64,000 nt of DNA from Tricharina praecox (Eukaryota): positions 310,001 through 374,000 of the forward strand of contig NW_026250412.1 of the NCBI RefSeq assembly GCF_024521635.1, read 5' to 3'. Of the stretch, positions 47,483-61,788 are shown piece after piece. How positions within the stretch are numbered: the first letter of the stretch is position 1; each line of letters opens with the position of its first letter. Below the pieces are notes generated by a model. It made no database searches, was not told the origin of the DNA, and was given only the letters and a program-made list of their open reading frames with translations. Both the position numbers and the translations under genes were made by a program.

Positions 47483-50400
47483 CTACATCTTACAGCAACA
47501 CTTACATTCAGGAACCGGGCAGACCCTGTGTTTGCTGAACCAGTCCTTTGCGTGTCCCGCATGCATTCCGTGATTACAGCTGAGGCAGAAATTGAACCTG
47601 CTTTTATTAGTCCCTACCTACGATATTTGAGAGAAATAGGGAAGACTCACCATCTATCATAATCCTTCTCAACATCGGAACTCTTCTCTCCCTCGCGGTA
47701 ATGAATGGTTCCCAGGGTGAGTAGACACACCGCGCAGCGTGGAAGGCTCTTTTTGCAGTGTGGGCAGACGGTCGGTTTAGCAGTGCTAACGCCGCCGATT
47801 ATGCTCGGTGTGGTACTAGCGACCTGCTGCCGCTCTCTTACCGTCATCTTCTTCGGATCCTTCTTAGGGCCAGAGATGGAGCGATCGCAGTTTGCACAAC
47901 GTACATAGACCTGTCGTTGCGGTGGAGTCATTGTCATCGTGCCGTTTCGATCCTTCGAGGCCTGACCTCTCACAACATCAAATCGGGCACGCGCATGGAA
48001 TAGCCGCCAGGAGTTTAGCAACTGTCTGTAGGACTCGATCCAATATTCTACGCGCGAGTCTTTGAAGTATCGTGGGGAGCCAAAGGTGGCGACAAGTGCG
48101 GCGGTCTGTACGTCGCCCGTGCGGTTGATGTGCTCCTGCAATAGCTTGACTGTGTTTTCGGTCACGCCGGTGAGGATTATTCCCTCGAGTTCGCCCGATC
48201 GGATTGCGGCGGCGGCGGTAGATTCAAGGTAGTTGGTTAATTCGTCGTCATCGAGCCAGCGGAGGGCGATGCCGATGCGTTCACGTATTGGGACCCCTAG
48301 CTCGTCTAGGACTTCGCGCCAGTCGCTGTTGGATATATAGGCGAAGATGGCGCGTTGATAAGGATCACCGAGCTCGTTCGCCATCATGCCGGCGAGTTCC
48401 TTCCACGTGCCGTACAGTCCTGAGGCGGGATCACGGATGGTAGCGAAATATCCCGCTACAGCTGTGGACATTAGTTTGAGCGTCCTTCCACCTTGTTGCA
48501 GGGCCTTGATGCTGCGTTCGATCTTATCGTGAAACAGTGCCAGTCCGGCGGCTTTGCTGTGCTCCCCATTCCTCTCGAGCCGCTGTAGTTCCCGCTCTAG
48601 CTCCTCTGAATCGTAGTTGCAACCAGCGATGGCAAGACACAGCCTCCGCTGCTCAGGAAAGTCTGTCTTTCGATCACTGAACTTCTTCCTGCCATTCCGC
48701 TTATTGATCTCATGGCAGGCGGCAGTCCAATCGTCCCTCCGTATCTTGCGGTTCGCATTGATCCTCGACTCCGGAGTCGGCTCCCTCCCTCCATGCCATA
48801 CTCCAAGAACCCCCAGAAAGCTTAGATTCAGTGTTGCGGTCATCATCCCCTCGTCACGGGCACACTCATGCGCGCCGTCAAGCCACACCCACATGTCCTC
48901 CATATAGGGATTGTCGTGCGCGACTAGAGTAGCATTCTTGGCGCAGTTCATGAGGTATCCGGCCTCCACGCGCTTCCGCATCACCACGCAGATGTCGTTC
49001 TGCAGAACCTGGCGGGCATCCGGTAGGAAATCCTCTGGCCGTGCAAGACTATTCGCTCGGTTCCGTCGGCCGAAGAACTCTTGACCCTGGCTTCTCTGGT
49101 CTGGACTCTCTCCACCAGAGTAGTGGTATCTATCCAGGTCCTCAAGCTCAGAGATACTCTTCCGTCTTGGCCGCAACGTGATCTCCTCTTCTGGCTGCTC
49201 AGCCTTGGTAGTAGACATGATCTCGAGGTTATTCTCGCAGGTAATGGCGAATTCGTTCCTGCTGCCCCACGCCATACTTGGTGCTGGGCCGGGACACTTG
49301 ATAATCTCAAGGCTTCCATCCCCCTTGACCGTGAGGAGCTTCATACTGCCGCTGCGTGGACCACCCGCACCCACACCCTCACACACCCAGTCGAAGAATA
49401 CAATTCGTTGGCTTGTGTCCCCAGAGCTAGATCTGTCGGTAGATCGGATGTCGCTAATTCGGCTGACGAGCAATGTCTCCCCGCCATCATTCCTGTACAC
49501 TGGCGTCCGAGAACCAGACGTCGACGTGCCGCCATGCCCACCCCCGCCGCCGCCACCTTTGTCCTCCTTCCCACTACTACCATACGCCCTGGCCTCGAGA
49601 AAACTCGCTGCCGAGTCCCTCCAGCCTAAACGTTTATGATTCTCCACAGCGCCATTATCACTTCCCATCATCCCAATGGTTGGCGGGTTCTCGACGTTCA
49701 GAACCTTTGCGGTTTCATAGACCCTGAGTCCACCGCCTCCATTGAGCACCGCAAACGCGCCCTCCCTCGCATTGGAATATCTGAGATGCCAGATTCCCAG
49801 GCTCCTGCTCTCATCCCCGGCGGCCCGTCCGAACTGCAGCGCGGGCTCCGGTGCTTGTGTCGGGCTCCCCTTCGCAAAACGCCGATCCCACACGGCGACC
49901 ACACCGTCATCAGAGTGGCCCGCATAGTAGTTCGGATCCAGATCCAACGAGATGTTGTAAACACACCTAGAGTTACAGCTTATTGCGGCGGTGCCACTCG
50001 CCGTCTCGCGGAGGTCGAAGATGCGGACCCAGCGGTACGCCACGCCTGCCACCAGTATCTGTGGGTTGTCCCGGGTGAACCGACACGCGACAATTGCTTC
50101 ACTACTAGGGAGCTGCCGGATTGGTCGGTCCGACCCTGACCCCAGACGCTGGTTGATGTCCCAGATGTGAAGGCACGAATCGTTGCGGACTTTGTCCAGG
50201 CCGCTGGCGAGCATGGAACCAGTGCTGTTGAAGCTCACACTGTTGCAGGAACGTTGCTGCTTGACGGCGAGAGGGACCGGCGCTGACGAAGGGTCGGAGA
50301 GGCGGAGTAAGAGTGCTTCGCCGGAGGATTGGCCGATAGCTGCGAGGTCTGTTTCGGATCATCTCGTCTTAGCCACTGCAATTATTCCACCGTGGATGAT

Positions 50401-50743
50401 ATTTAGACCTTGTTCAACGGGCGACCAATCGAAGCACTACCACCATTCCATCCCATCGTTCAGCCTCACCCCACCATCAACCTCTTCCCCCTCCGGCGCA
50501 AGAAGTTACTCACCCGCATATACGGAATCTTCGAATGTCTCTTGTACAGCTCAAACTTCTGCACCACCGGTACCCATCAGCCCTCTCCTCTCTCGCCCCA
50601 CACTCTGTCGCTTCTCCGCTCCACGAACTTACCGAATCGTAAACATCATAGACCGCTAGCTCCTGGTCTCTTGTATTGATCTTTACGAAGCGCTGTGAAT
50701 CGGCGGTGGAGTGCGGCGACCACCAGCATTGCCAGGTCGCCAT
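47483..50743 (-). CDS. SEA4: SEA/GATOR2 complex subunit Sea4 (MIOS homologue): WD40, helical and C-terminal zinc/RING regions
   Basis: LASGLDKVRNDSCLHIWDI, DPYQRAIFAYIS.SDWREVL, EGIILTG, GDVQTAALV, YRQLLNSWRLFHARARFDV, CPHCKKSLPRCAVC, and the final exon FCLSCNHGMHAGHAKDWF...CPVPECKC. Confidence 0.92.
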
Positions 50744-52150
50744 GATTGTTGTGGTGTCCGTGCAGTACGGCGTGTGGGGGGTTGAGGGTGGATGAATCGT
50801 TGGAGTTATTTAGGGAGCTGCACGGGACGAACACATGATAGATATCGGGAGGACGAGCGGACGAAGAGATGCGCGTGGTTATCGCCCCCGAAGGTAGAGT
50901 AGGTAGAGTAGATATCGAAACGCGACAATACAGTGCTGGATCCCTGACGCTGATGACATAGAGTGGGGGGTTACATAAGAGCGAGGCTATTTATCTTGCG
51001 GTAGCGCCAGGAACAGCCCGAGCTTGCAACTCACACGGGATCACAAGAAGGGCACTCGTTCAGATGCAAATCGGGGAATTTATTCCCCGTCTACATATAA
51101 CGAGAAGCCGAGGAGCTGACATGCATTACCATCACAGTTTCTCACTAGAGTAGGCAGCTCGATTTTGGTTGCATCGGCTGATCCAAAAGTCTACCACATG
51201 ATAGCCCCGAAGAGAAAGGATATTGCCTTCAGTATTCTCATCAAAATCTCCACAAACTTGAAGGGTACCTCCGTGTATACATATACTACCAAGCAATCCT
51301 CATCCGTATCTCGTTCCTCTCGGACCCACCGTCGTCATCCGCCAAGTACATATTCTGCACTATTGTCTCTGTGCTACTTTCCCGCTCTCAGCACTCCACG
51401 AACCCGCTGATTAGCCTCAGACTTCGGGGCCCTGTCCCGACTCCCGACCGAAGATCGGATTCGGCTTGTGGTTTCTCGAGGTTAAGACGCATTATTTGTA
51501 CGCAGTTTCCCGGAGGAGGGTCTCCTAGAGGATGTAGTTTGCGTCTCTGTTCCTGTGCACTCTGAAGGTTCGCTCCCAGTATTATACTCAAAGACACTAT
51601 CCCAGTACATGGCGGCCCCCTCACTCGTTCTATATTCAGCTCTACTAAACTCTACCCGTGCTATTCTTGATATGGTTTCGCTTTGACGTACTCCACCATA
51701 CCTATGATAGTTCGGTAGCGTGGTACATATGGCCCCCACCGTGGCAGGTTGCCTGGAGGCATCCCATACCTATGGGGGGCTAAGTAGATACGCAAATGCT
51801 CGACCGAGTGCTGTCATGTAAGGGACGACGCCCCTCAAATGGCCAGGCTGCGCCACTAGATCGGATCAATTCAAGAATACAAAGTCCTGCTGTCACTGAG
51901 GGAGTGCTTCTCATTCGTACACGATCAACCGCCACAATGTCTATGAATCGTGCATGTCATACGGGCATGCATTTTGCGTAATTTGTCATGATTACAACGG
52001 TAAAGAAAACGCTAAACGAGTAAAGTACAGTAGAAAACATCTGAAACTCCCCAGAAAACGCAAGTAAGTCAGTAGAGACCCAAAAGCTATAAAGTACGCG
52101 CCAAAGAAACCTCAAATATAGCAAAAGTAAGTATGATTTCGATGGGTAAA

Positions 52151-54173
52151 TCAAGCCTCGACCTTCTCAGCGGTGATGACCTCCACCCCCTCCTTCGTCT
52201 TGGTGCCCTCCAACTCCTCGATCCTCTGCCTCAGGGCCAGATTCTCCCTAGTGAGACCCTCGACAACCTTCCTCAATTCCTCAATCTCGCGTCTCCTTCC
52301 CTTCTCATCCCTCTCGAGCAGCTTCTGCGCCTCGCGTTTCCGCTTCTCCTCCTCCTTCTGCCGCTTCTCATTGGCCTTCTCGAGAGCACGGCGATACTTG
52401 CGCTCCTGCTTTTCGAGGCTCTTCATGTGTTTCTCGGCGATTTTCTTTTCACGTTCGGAGCGGCGGTGGTCTTCACGCTTGAGCTTTTCGTCGAGCTTTT
52501 GCTTCTCCTTGAGGAACTGCGCAAGAGCACGTTCTTCCGGGCTTTGGCTATCGTGGGTGGCAGATGCCGCTGTCATAGTGGAAGTGACGGACGCAGGCCG
52601 TGAGGGAAGCTCCGGAACGTCGGGTCGCGAGGAATCAGCAGTTGCGAAGGTCTTGATAGAGGCCGTTTCGGAGGCGCTGTCGTCAAGCTCTTCGTTTGGT
52701 GAAGACGCCCGGGAAACAGTGGAAGACGGGGTGTTATCGTCGGATGGCGATGTAGGTGGCGGGGTAGGGTTGTACGAGGAACTACTGTATATGGCGGACT
52801 GGGCGAGTGAGGACATTCCAGCCGCCACAGTGCCCAGTGCACCAGCGAAAAGGCCGCCTCCGCCTCCACTACCTGCAGCACTGCCGTTTTGTCTCTCAGA
52901 CTGCTTAGGGGCCGGCGATATCTCGGCTTGAGCGTGGTCCGATGAGAGGACTGCTCCTGCTGGAGCGCCGCGCTCGGCAAGGTGTCGCTTGGTGTGCGTC
53001 TTCACGCCTTCGTCTTTGCTCAGTTTCTCGCCGTGTTCCATCTCCTTAGTGATAGAATCGAGTGATGCTTCGGGTATGTCATCGAGGAATGTGGCCTGGC
53101 GACACCACTTCAGGAATTTATCCGCATCCTTGACGATGCCTCCTGGTGTTCCCCTCTCGACCATCCACTTCGGCACGCCTATCCAAGTCAGTACGAGAGT
53201 TTTCCCTCCACGAAAACGGGGAATACTCACTGCCACCAGGATCCGAACGAGTAATCATGATCCAATCGACCGCACAATTCCACCTAGCCTGTGCCGCCTC
53301 CTCAGGGGTCATACCCACAGTCTTTCCGCGAGGACGGTTAGGGGAGGTGGGTTCAGCCGAGGGAACATCTGATGTGCTCTGGGACCTAGCCAGGGCATTC
53401 TGGATGGAAGGGATCTCCCGGATGAATTCCACAGACTCGTAAGTCCCGCGTACGTATCCTGACCTCTCGTCACCCTGCGGATGATTCAGAACTGGTTTCG
53501 ATATGAGCGTAAACTGTTTCGGTCTGTCTTCGGCGCTGCTCTCCGGTTGATCCCCCGGATCCGTCGACGAGGGAGGACGACCCCTCTCGCTGGCCGCAGC
53601 AGATATGTCCTCCGGATGGGCCGAACTCGATAGGCAACCTTCCACGAAGTCCCGCGGAGCAGAGGGACCGGGGAACTGTGCTGATAACTGGAAGATCTCC
53701 ACCTTGCCGAGCTCGCAGGTTTCGTGGTGGATCCGAAGGTCCTTACCGATTCCGCGCACCGGGCCCTGTACCACACCCTCTTCCACAACTTCTTTTGGGG
53801 GTTGCTGGAACTCTTGCTGGAGCCCTGCCTTGAATCGGCGGAAAGGAATATCGGTGTGGATGGAACGTCGTGCGAACCAAGTACCCTTCCCGTCCTTTGC
53901 CGAGAGCTTGAAGACGCTGATACCCACAGGGTTTTCTTTGGCGGATAGCTTGACAGGCTTCCATTCTTTCTGGAGGGCTGCTATGTCTGGATCTGACGGT
54001 TCGGGAAGTGTTACTGATTCGGGGATGATCGTCGGCGGCGGAAGAGAGGATATCAGGATATGGGCATCCGCAAGGGACGTAGCTAGGTGAAGGTTGAGCG
54101 ATGATGGATCCGAAGGAAATTCGGAATGTTCGGTTGGCGACAGAGTCTTGAGAGCTGCATGGACGTCCGTCAT
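52151..54173 (-). CDS. DUF3074 (START-like fold) domain protein with a C-terminal coiled coil, 2 exons
   Basis: WFARRSIH, FPGPSAPRDFV, YVRGTYESVEFIREIP and VDWIMITRSDPGG-GVPKWMVERGTPGGIVKDADKFLKW. Confidence 0.85.
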
Positions 54174-55185
54174 GTTTGGTGAGGCTCAAGGTGTTGGGTT
54201 GACGTTGATATTGGGTTGGTATGTTGGTCGCAAGTCGGTGTGATCGGCTCGGAGAGTACTAAGAACAAGAGGGACCCTTGGAAAAGAGTACTGGAAAGAA
54301 GGAGAGCTTATGTACTTGAGAGAGGGAAGCGTAGAGAGAATCCCGGGATGAAATTCCACGATTATTCCTGTTTGGAAGCTGTAACCAGGGACGGGCCAGG
54401 ATAGCGGATGACGTTTGCCCTACGCCACTACCACCGGACGAAAGCCACTATGTACCGGTAGTAACTACACACGGTTAAATTCGCTGCTGCACAGGAGATC
54501 CGCCGAGTGACGATGATGCGTGAAGCGGGAGCAGCGTGTTGGCAGCACATGTGTGTATGTGATTCTTAATTCTGGCTTGGATTGGTAGCGACCATGAGGC
54601 GAGCGCATGGATTCCGATTGCCGGTGAAGAACAAACAGCCCGAAGAATAAAGCCACATTGAGTCCAGCATAGGTATATTTGGAAGCCAAAGTTCAAACAT
54701 GAGCTTCGTTTTCCGTGGAAAAGAGCAAGAAATAAACATAAGAGGAAAGTATTAATTACTCCCCGGTAGCCAATAGTTAATCGATAATGAAACCATTAAA
54801 TGCATTCTGGCGGTAGTGGAGTGCCTGCTGATCAAGTCCGAAGGAATTTGAAGAATACATTGAGCTTGCCTACAGCTCCCCATAGCTTGGAGTGGCTTGG
54901 CTGCTGACTGAATTACCCGGAAACCCCGGCCGGCGCTGGCAGCGCGTCTTACCTGCCGGCTATGTACTCTACTCAGATCCTATTCTCTCTCGTCTGGGAC
55001 TCTAGCTCGCGACACCCTCGCCCTACCTTTCTCAGCCCCTCCGGTCACGTCCTCCCTCGTCACCCCTCCATTCTCACACTCTTGTTTGAGCATCACCCCT
55101 TCATTCTTCTTTCGCGACTGCAACATTTGATACAGCCAGGTTTCCCGAGTTCAGGCAGCACCGAATACGCTCGCAGGAAGCAGCC

Positions 55186-57418
55186 ATGTCAAACGGCAAG
55201 AACTACGCGGCGCCCATAGACCCGCCCACTACCAATGGGGCGCAGAACAAGAGAGTTGCATATGTGAGTGGCCTCCTTCCCGCATCCTGCATTCACTGCT
55301 CTGGGAGCGTTCCCAGTTGAAGAGGGGAGCTCTGACATTGGACAGTTCTACGATTGTGAGTTACAACGGCCTCGCAGAATACCCGTCATCAGTGGTTCAT
55401 GAAGGGTGATTCCTTCGCGTTTGATGGTGGGCTATTACTGACCTGATTCTTTTCCCTTCGAACCAGCCGATGTCGGGTATTGCTCCTCTTGCCACCACTC
55501 GCGACTTCGGTGTACTGACAGACGCAATGTAGAAACTACTCCTACGTCGCCGGCCATCCGATGAAGCCCCACAGAATACGAATGACCCATAGCCTCATCA
55601 TGAACTACGGTCTTTACAAGAAAATGGAAATCTACGTAGGTGGTGCACCGTACAACTCTATCCTCGACTTGCTCACAGCCTTTACAGAGAGCGAAACCTG
55701 CGACGAAAGCCGAGATGTGTCAATTCCACACCGATGAATACATCGAGTTCCTCTCCAAGGTTACGCCGGACAACATGGAAAATTTCGCCAAAGAGCAAGG
55801 CAAATACAACGTCGGCGACGACTGCCCCGTCTTCGACGGTCTTTTCGAATTTTGCGGTATCTCTGGTGGCGGCAGTATGGAGGGTGCTGCGCGTTTGAAC
55901 CGTGGCAAGTGCGACATTGCGATCAATTGGGCTGGTGGTCTCCATCATGCCAAGAAAAGCGAAGCTTCTGGATTTTGTTACTTGAACGGTACGGCGTTTG
56001 TGTCTTCCGTGGTCGTGAGGCTCAGCTGACCGGTGTGATTAGATATCGTACTTGGCATCATCGAACTACTTCGGTACAAGCAGCGTGTGCTGTATATCGA
56101 TATCGATGTTCATCATGGTGACGGTGTCGAGGAGGCCTTTTACACCACAGACAGAGTCATGACCTGTTCCTTCCACAAATATGGAGAGTACTTTCCTGGT
56201 ACTGGAGAGCTTAGGGATATCGGTGTCGGTGCTGGCAAGTACTATGCCGTGAATTTCCCTCTTAGAGATGGTATCACGGACGAGACCTACAAGTCGGTTT
56301 TTGAACCTGTCATCAACCATGTCATGGAATTCTACCGCCCAGAGGCTGTCGTGCTCCAATGCGGTGCCGACTCGTTATCTGGCGACAGGCTAGGATGTTT
56401 CAACCTGAGTATGAAGGGACATGCCAACTGTGTCGAATTCGTCAAGAAGTTCGGTCTTCCCACATTAGTCCTCGGTGGAGGCGGTTACACCATGCGAAAC
56501 GTTAGCAGAGCTTGGTGCTACGAGACTGGTGTCCTGGTCGGCCAAAAAGTGGGCCCTGATTTGCCTTACAGCGACTTCTACGAATACTTCGGTCCCGATT
56601 ACGAGTTGGATGTCCGACCTTCGAACATGGAGAACCTCAACTCCCGAGAGTATCTTGAAAAGATCAAGACGCAGGTTCTCTCCAATCTGGAACGCACACG
56701 CCACGCTCCATCGGTCCAGATGTCGGACGTCGGCAGGGGAACAACCGAGCACCAAGAGGAGCAAGACGCTATCCTGGACGATCTTGACGCAGACACCACT
56801 GGAATGGATCAACGCCAGACGCAACGTCAATGGGAGAGAAGGATCGACAAAGATAATGAGCTTTCAGATTCCGAGGACGAGGGCATGGGCGACGCCATCG
56901 GCGTCCGGCGAGAAAACAACGGAAAGAAGCGACGAAGGAACGAGCGTAACTACAAAGAGACCAACGCCAGTGGCACCGGGTCTGGAGTCGCTACACCACA
57001 ACTTGGGGCCAGCGCATCCACCAGTGATGCCGGTGCCCCTGTGGTAACGAAAATCCCAGGTTATAATGGCGAGGACGATGAAGAACTCGAAGCGTTGGCA
57101 CGTCAGCAGGACGGAGATATCGACATGGACGATGAGCCTACTCACCCCGAGAAGCGGTTAAAGGCCAAATCCGACGACGAGGATATGATGGACGTCGAGC
57201 CGACTAGCAAGCCCGGTGACAAATCACAGAAGCCCGGAGCCGCTGACGATGCCGTGGCAACCACTCCTGCGGTGGGTTCGGAGCCAAGCGCGGTGGCAGT
57301 GGCAACACCTGCACCAAGCCTACTAGATGCTCCGGAAAAGCCCACAAGCCCCAACATTGCTCCAGCAGGTGTTAAAACAGGCGAAGGAGCGACGGAGAAA
57401 CCAGAGGGAAAGCCGTAA
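55186..57418 (+). CDS. RPD3: Class I histone deacetylase Rpd3 (two 10-nt micro-exons near the 5' end)
   Basis: [94 protein letters not shown] and GGGGYT. Confidence 0.97.
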
Positions 57419-58580
57419 TGTGGAGCACTTGATGTTTTCTTTGATTTTTTTTTCTTTTTATGCAGAGTGGTTAGGCAATTTCATGTTTCATTGCCATGTT
57501 TCCGTTGTTTCGGTTCCATTTTCCCTTCCACCTTGCTTCGCGTTGCCACTTTATGTATATTCCATCCCAATTAACCGTTATGCCGTGTGATTTATCTACA
57601 TATATCCGAGGGACGATGGGAGTTGTTCAGCTCAAGGGCAACAGTACGATCTGAATTTGGACTGCGAGTTTATTGAGAATTGAAGCGTCTTTTTGTATCT
57701 TCATCTAGAAATGCTTACTAGTGAATCAGATGGCGATGAGGCTGAATTTCCCGATGATACCTAGCTCGGGGAGAGAGAATCAATGTGTTGTCGCATATGG
57801 CCTTAATAGACCAATTTCTTCCTGGGAAGAGAGAGAGAACATCAATTTATTGTTGCATGAGGACTTTACTAGACTATGGCGACCACCAACTTCTCGACCT
57901 TTCCTGCATTTTGTTCCTGGGGAGCATGAGGGCTTGGACCAGCAAGTTGGGTAAATGAGTGCTGAGACATGTCGCAAGTCGTCATTGATCCATGCTGCTG
58001 GGTAGAGGAAGGGATAGACTTGGCTTGGCACACTTTCAATGTCGCATTCTTTTTGTCTGACGTCCCATCTCTCACACCTCCTTCTTGGACCCAACCACAA
58101 CCACGCCCTGCTCTCTTTTCTGTTCAACTACCCACACAACAGAACAGACAACAACACTAACGACTACAATAACACCGTGTCCTTTCAAGATTAACGAACT
58201 CCCTCTTTGCGCAACCCTACCAAACCACAGCACGACACCAACTACTACAGCGACGACTCTACGCGAAAGATTCTACATCAGGTGCGACGACAACACGTCC
58301 CCGGTCGCGTCATTCGGAGCTTCGACTGACTGCGGAAACCGTGTCCAGGGAGATTGCTGTGTGCTGTTGACTATTTGCTGTTGGTGGCGCACGTGCGCGG
58401 AAAGAAAATTCGCGGAAGAAAAAAGTTAATATTACTACTGAGAGAGGGAAGAGAATTGTTGCTGTGTGAGGGACAGAGAGAAGGAGAGAGAAGAAATTGA
58501 ACCTCAATCGTGTTCTGGCTCCTCTGTGACTCGTTACATTCCTTTCCCTCCAACGACCAGGATCCGGAATTTTGTGCACG

Positions 58581-61500
58581 ATGGCAGACGAAGACGAGAT
58601 CCCCGTGTCTGAGGCGGAGCAGGCATTCCTTGATGCGATGAAGGCGGTGCAGGATGTACAAGACGAGGAGCAACAGCAGGAAGAGATCGGTACCCGGGTA
58701 GAGGACGATGACGACGACCATGATCCCGCGACCATCATGACGTCTACGGAGGATTCACCAGTCTCGAATGGACACGCAGGAAGCGATCGTGATGGACCCG
58801 CTTCGATGGAGGAGCAAGCCACTGAAGAGGTGGAGGTGGAGGTGAAAGAAGAAGTCATGTCGGCTACCCCGTCTGCTCGGAATTCCGTCGCGCCTTCTGC
58901 GACTGCGTCAGCGACCACCACGCCTGCAGCGGCTGCTGCGCCTGCTACCACTGCCATTCCTGATGCTTCCAGTGCCACTCCCGTGCCCGTTACCGCTCCC
59001 AAGGCTGAAGTTGCGGAAAGCGCTCATGCTCCGTCTGCGCCGACCACCCCGGTGATTCTGCAACCATCCGAGTTTGGCGCGCCAATGCATGCTGCTCAAG
59101 CCCAGCAGCCCGCTCAAGCCCACAAGGCCGTGCACAGCGGAAAGCGAAAACGCCTGCCGCAGGATTTGGTCGGGCAGCTGGAAGATAGAATCGCCGAAGA
59201 TCCTCGAGGCGATCTGGACGCGTGGTTGTCACTGATTTCGGAGCACAAGCGTAAGGGGAAGTTTGACGATGCGAGAAATGCGTACGAGCGATTCTTTGTG
59301 CTATTCCCACAAGCAGTAAGTTCACTATTCCTCTCCTCTCGTGCGGAGATGCGCGGCTGATCATTCGTCCATAGGCCGAACAATGGATCAGTTTTGTGAG
59401 GATGGAGCTGGACAACAACGAATTCCAACGTGTGGAACAAGTATTTTCGCGGTCTCTACTCACCGTGCCCAATGTTGAGTTGTGGAGCTTATACCTAGAT
59501 TACATCCGCCGGCGCAACAACCTTACCAACGATCCGTCTGGTACTGCCAGGAGGACGATCAGTCAGGCTTATGACTTTGTTTTAAATAACATTGGCTGTG
59601 ACAAGGAGGCCGGGCGGATCTGGCAGGATCAGATTGCATTCGTAAAGAGTGGTCCTGGAATTGTTGGCGGTAGTAACTGGATGGATCAGCAGAAGATGGA
59701 TAGTCTGAGAAAGATCTATCAGAAGGCAGTCACGCAACCAGTTATTGGAGTAGAAGCGATGTGGCGGGAGTATGATGGGTTTGAACATGGGCTCAATAAG
59801 ATAACCGTACGTGATTCATTGCATGCTCAACGATCATTCGTCCGTACATGCTCGGGAGCTGATACCGTGAATTAGGCCAAGAAGTTCCTTCAAGAGCGGT
59901 CGCCTGCTTTCATGACGGCCCGTGCCTGCCTCGTTGAGCTTACGAATCTCACCCGAGGATTGAGACGCGAGACGTTGCCGCGATTACCGCCTTCACAGGG
60001 GTACGAAGGTGACGACGATTGGAATTACCAGGTCGCACTGTGGAAGAAGTGGATCAAGTGGGAGACCGACGACCCCGTGGTTCTGGCCAAGGAGGATCCG
60101 GCAGCCTTCCGCAACCGTATCATCTACGCCTACAAGCAAGCTCTGATGGCGCTCCGGTTCTGGCCCGAGATGTGGTTCGAGGCGGCGGACTACTGCCTCG
60201 AGAACGGTATGGACGCCCAGGGCATCGAGTTTTTGAGACAGGGCCTACAGGCTAATCCCGAGAGCACGCTGCTTACGTTTACGTATGCCGAGCGATTGGA
60301 GGCCATCACACCTGCTGAGGACGGAGAGGCGGCCGCTGTAAGGAAGGGTCAAATTGTGAGAAAACCTTACGACGATTTACTCAACACTCTGTACGGCCAC
60401 TACGCCAAGATGCAGGCCCGTGAGAAGGAGGAGATTGAGAAACTGGGAGAAGAAGCTCCGGCGTATCCGGACAGCCCCGGCCGGGACGACGATGACGACG
60501 ATGAGGAGCGGCAGGCCCCCGAGCAGAGCTTCAGGGAGCGGAGAATAAATGAAGTCAAGGATCGAAGTAAAGCGGATATGTTGAAGCTGAGTAAAGTCAT
60601 TTCGGCTGTCTGGATCAACTTGATGCGGGCGATGAGACGGATCCAGGGCCATGGAAGGGTCAATGAGCCTCTTGGTGGTAGTCGACAGATCTTTGCCGAT
60701 GCCAGGAAGAGGGGAAAGATCACCAGTGATGTATATGTTGCATCTGCGTTGATCGAGTATCATTGCTACCGGGATCCTGCCGCTCTGAAAATCTTTGAGC
60801 GGGGAATGAAACTTTTCCCCGAGGACGAAGATTTTGCTTTGGAGTACTTGAAGCATCTCGTCAATATCAATGATATTACTAGTAAGCGACATGCCCCCGC
60901 CATCAATATACCACATACTGACGGAAACCAGATGCTAGGGCGATGTTTGAGACATTCGTGTCGAAGGTTCCAGCAGAGAAGGCTCAGCGGGTATACCGAT
61001 TCTTCTACGAATACGAAGCCCACTACGGTGATCTCGCGCAGGTCTACAAGCTGGAGAAGAGAATGGCCGAACTGTACCCCACGGACCAGAAACTCGAACA
61101 GTTCTCCAACCGATACGCCTACCATGCCGTGGATCCATGCAAATATCTTCCCGTCATCTCGGCCACCCAACAGGCGAAACAAAAGCCTCTTATGCCTCTT
61201 CCCCCGGAGGCCGTCGCCGCCGCCGCTGCCGGCCTTCCCATTCCCCCGCCTCCGATCACCCAACCCATCCCAGGCTCCAACTACCACCCCCCGCCGCCGC
61301 TACCCATGCCGCCACGCACCAGCTCCCCCAAGCGCGCCGCCAACGACGACGACGGCGACTACTCGTCGCGCGCACGCAAGCTCCCGCGCTCGGACTCGCC
61401 CGTGCCCACTCTCAAGGGAGCCGCCGGCCGCCGTCTAAACCAGATCAAGCAGCAGCAGGCCGCGGCTGCCGCAGCGGCAGCCGCAAACCAGTCCCAATTA

Positions 61501-61788
61501 AAGGACAACAACACCGGTGGTGGCGGCGGAGGCGGAAGAAGGGAATATGCCAACGCGCCGGTCCGCCGCGATAACAATATCAACAGCAACAACAACAATC
61601 CCCCACCACTTCCAGAGGCCATCTGGTATCTCCTGAGTATCCTCCCCGGTGCGGATAAATACCAGTCTGCGCGGTTCAGGCCAGAGGCGATGGTCGCACT
61701 GTTGGCGGGCGTGCAGTTGCCAAGACCGGAGGATTTGGCCAGGGGTGGTGGTGGCGGTGGTGGTGGTGGGTACTATGGTGGCAACTAG
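58581..61788 (+). CDS. RNA14: mRNA 3'-end-processing factor Rna14 (CstF-77), HAT repeats, 4 exons
   Basis: LEDRIAEDPRGDLDAW, PNVELWSLYLDYIRRRNN, QQKMDSLRKIYQKAV, RFWPEMWFEAA, IFADARKRGKITSDVYVASALIEYHCY and KIFERGMKLFP. Confidence 0.95.

Noticed and set aside
47483..47500. C-terminal CCKM of Sea4 as a CaaX box
   Set aside because: The cysteines are the expected end of the MIOS zinc-binding domain.
50900..52100. Possible tRNA or ncRNA between SEA4 and the DUF3074 gene
   Set aside because: No cloverleaf, A/B box pair or snoRNA boxes identifiable by eye.
57869..58127. Minus-strand peptide vaguely like a BED zinc finger (KNATLKVCQ...GSMTT...QH)
   Set aside because: Key Cys/His ligands are missing and there is no transposase core or TIRs; too weak to call.
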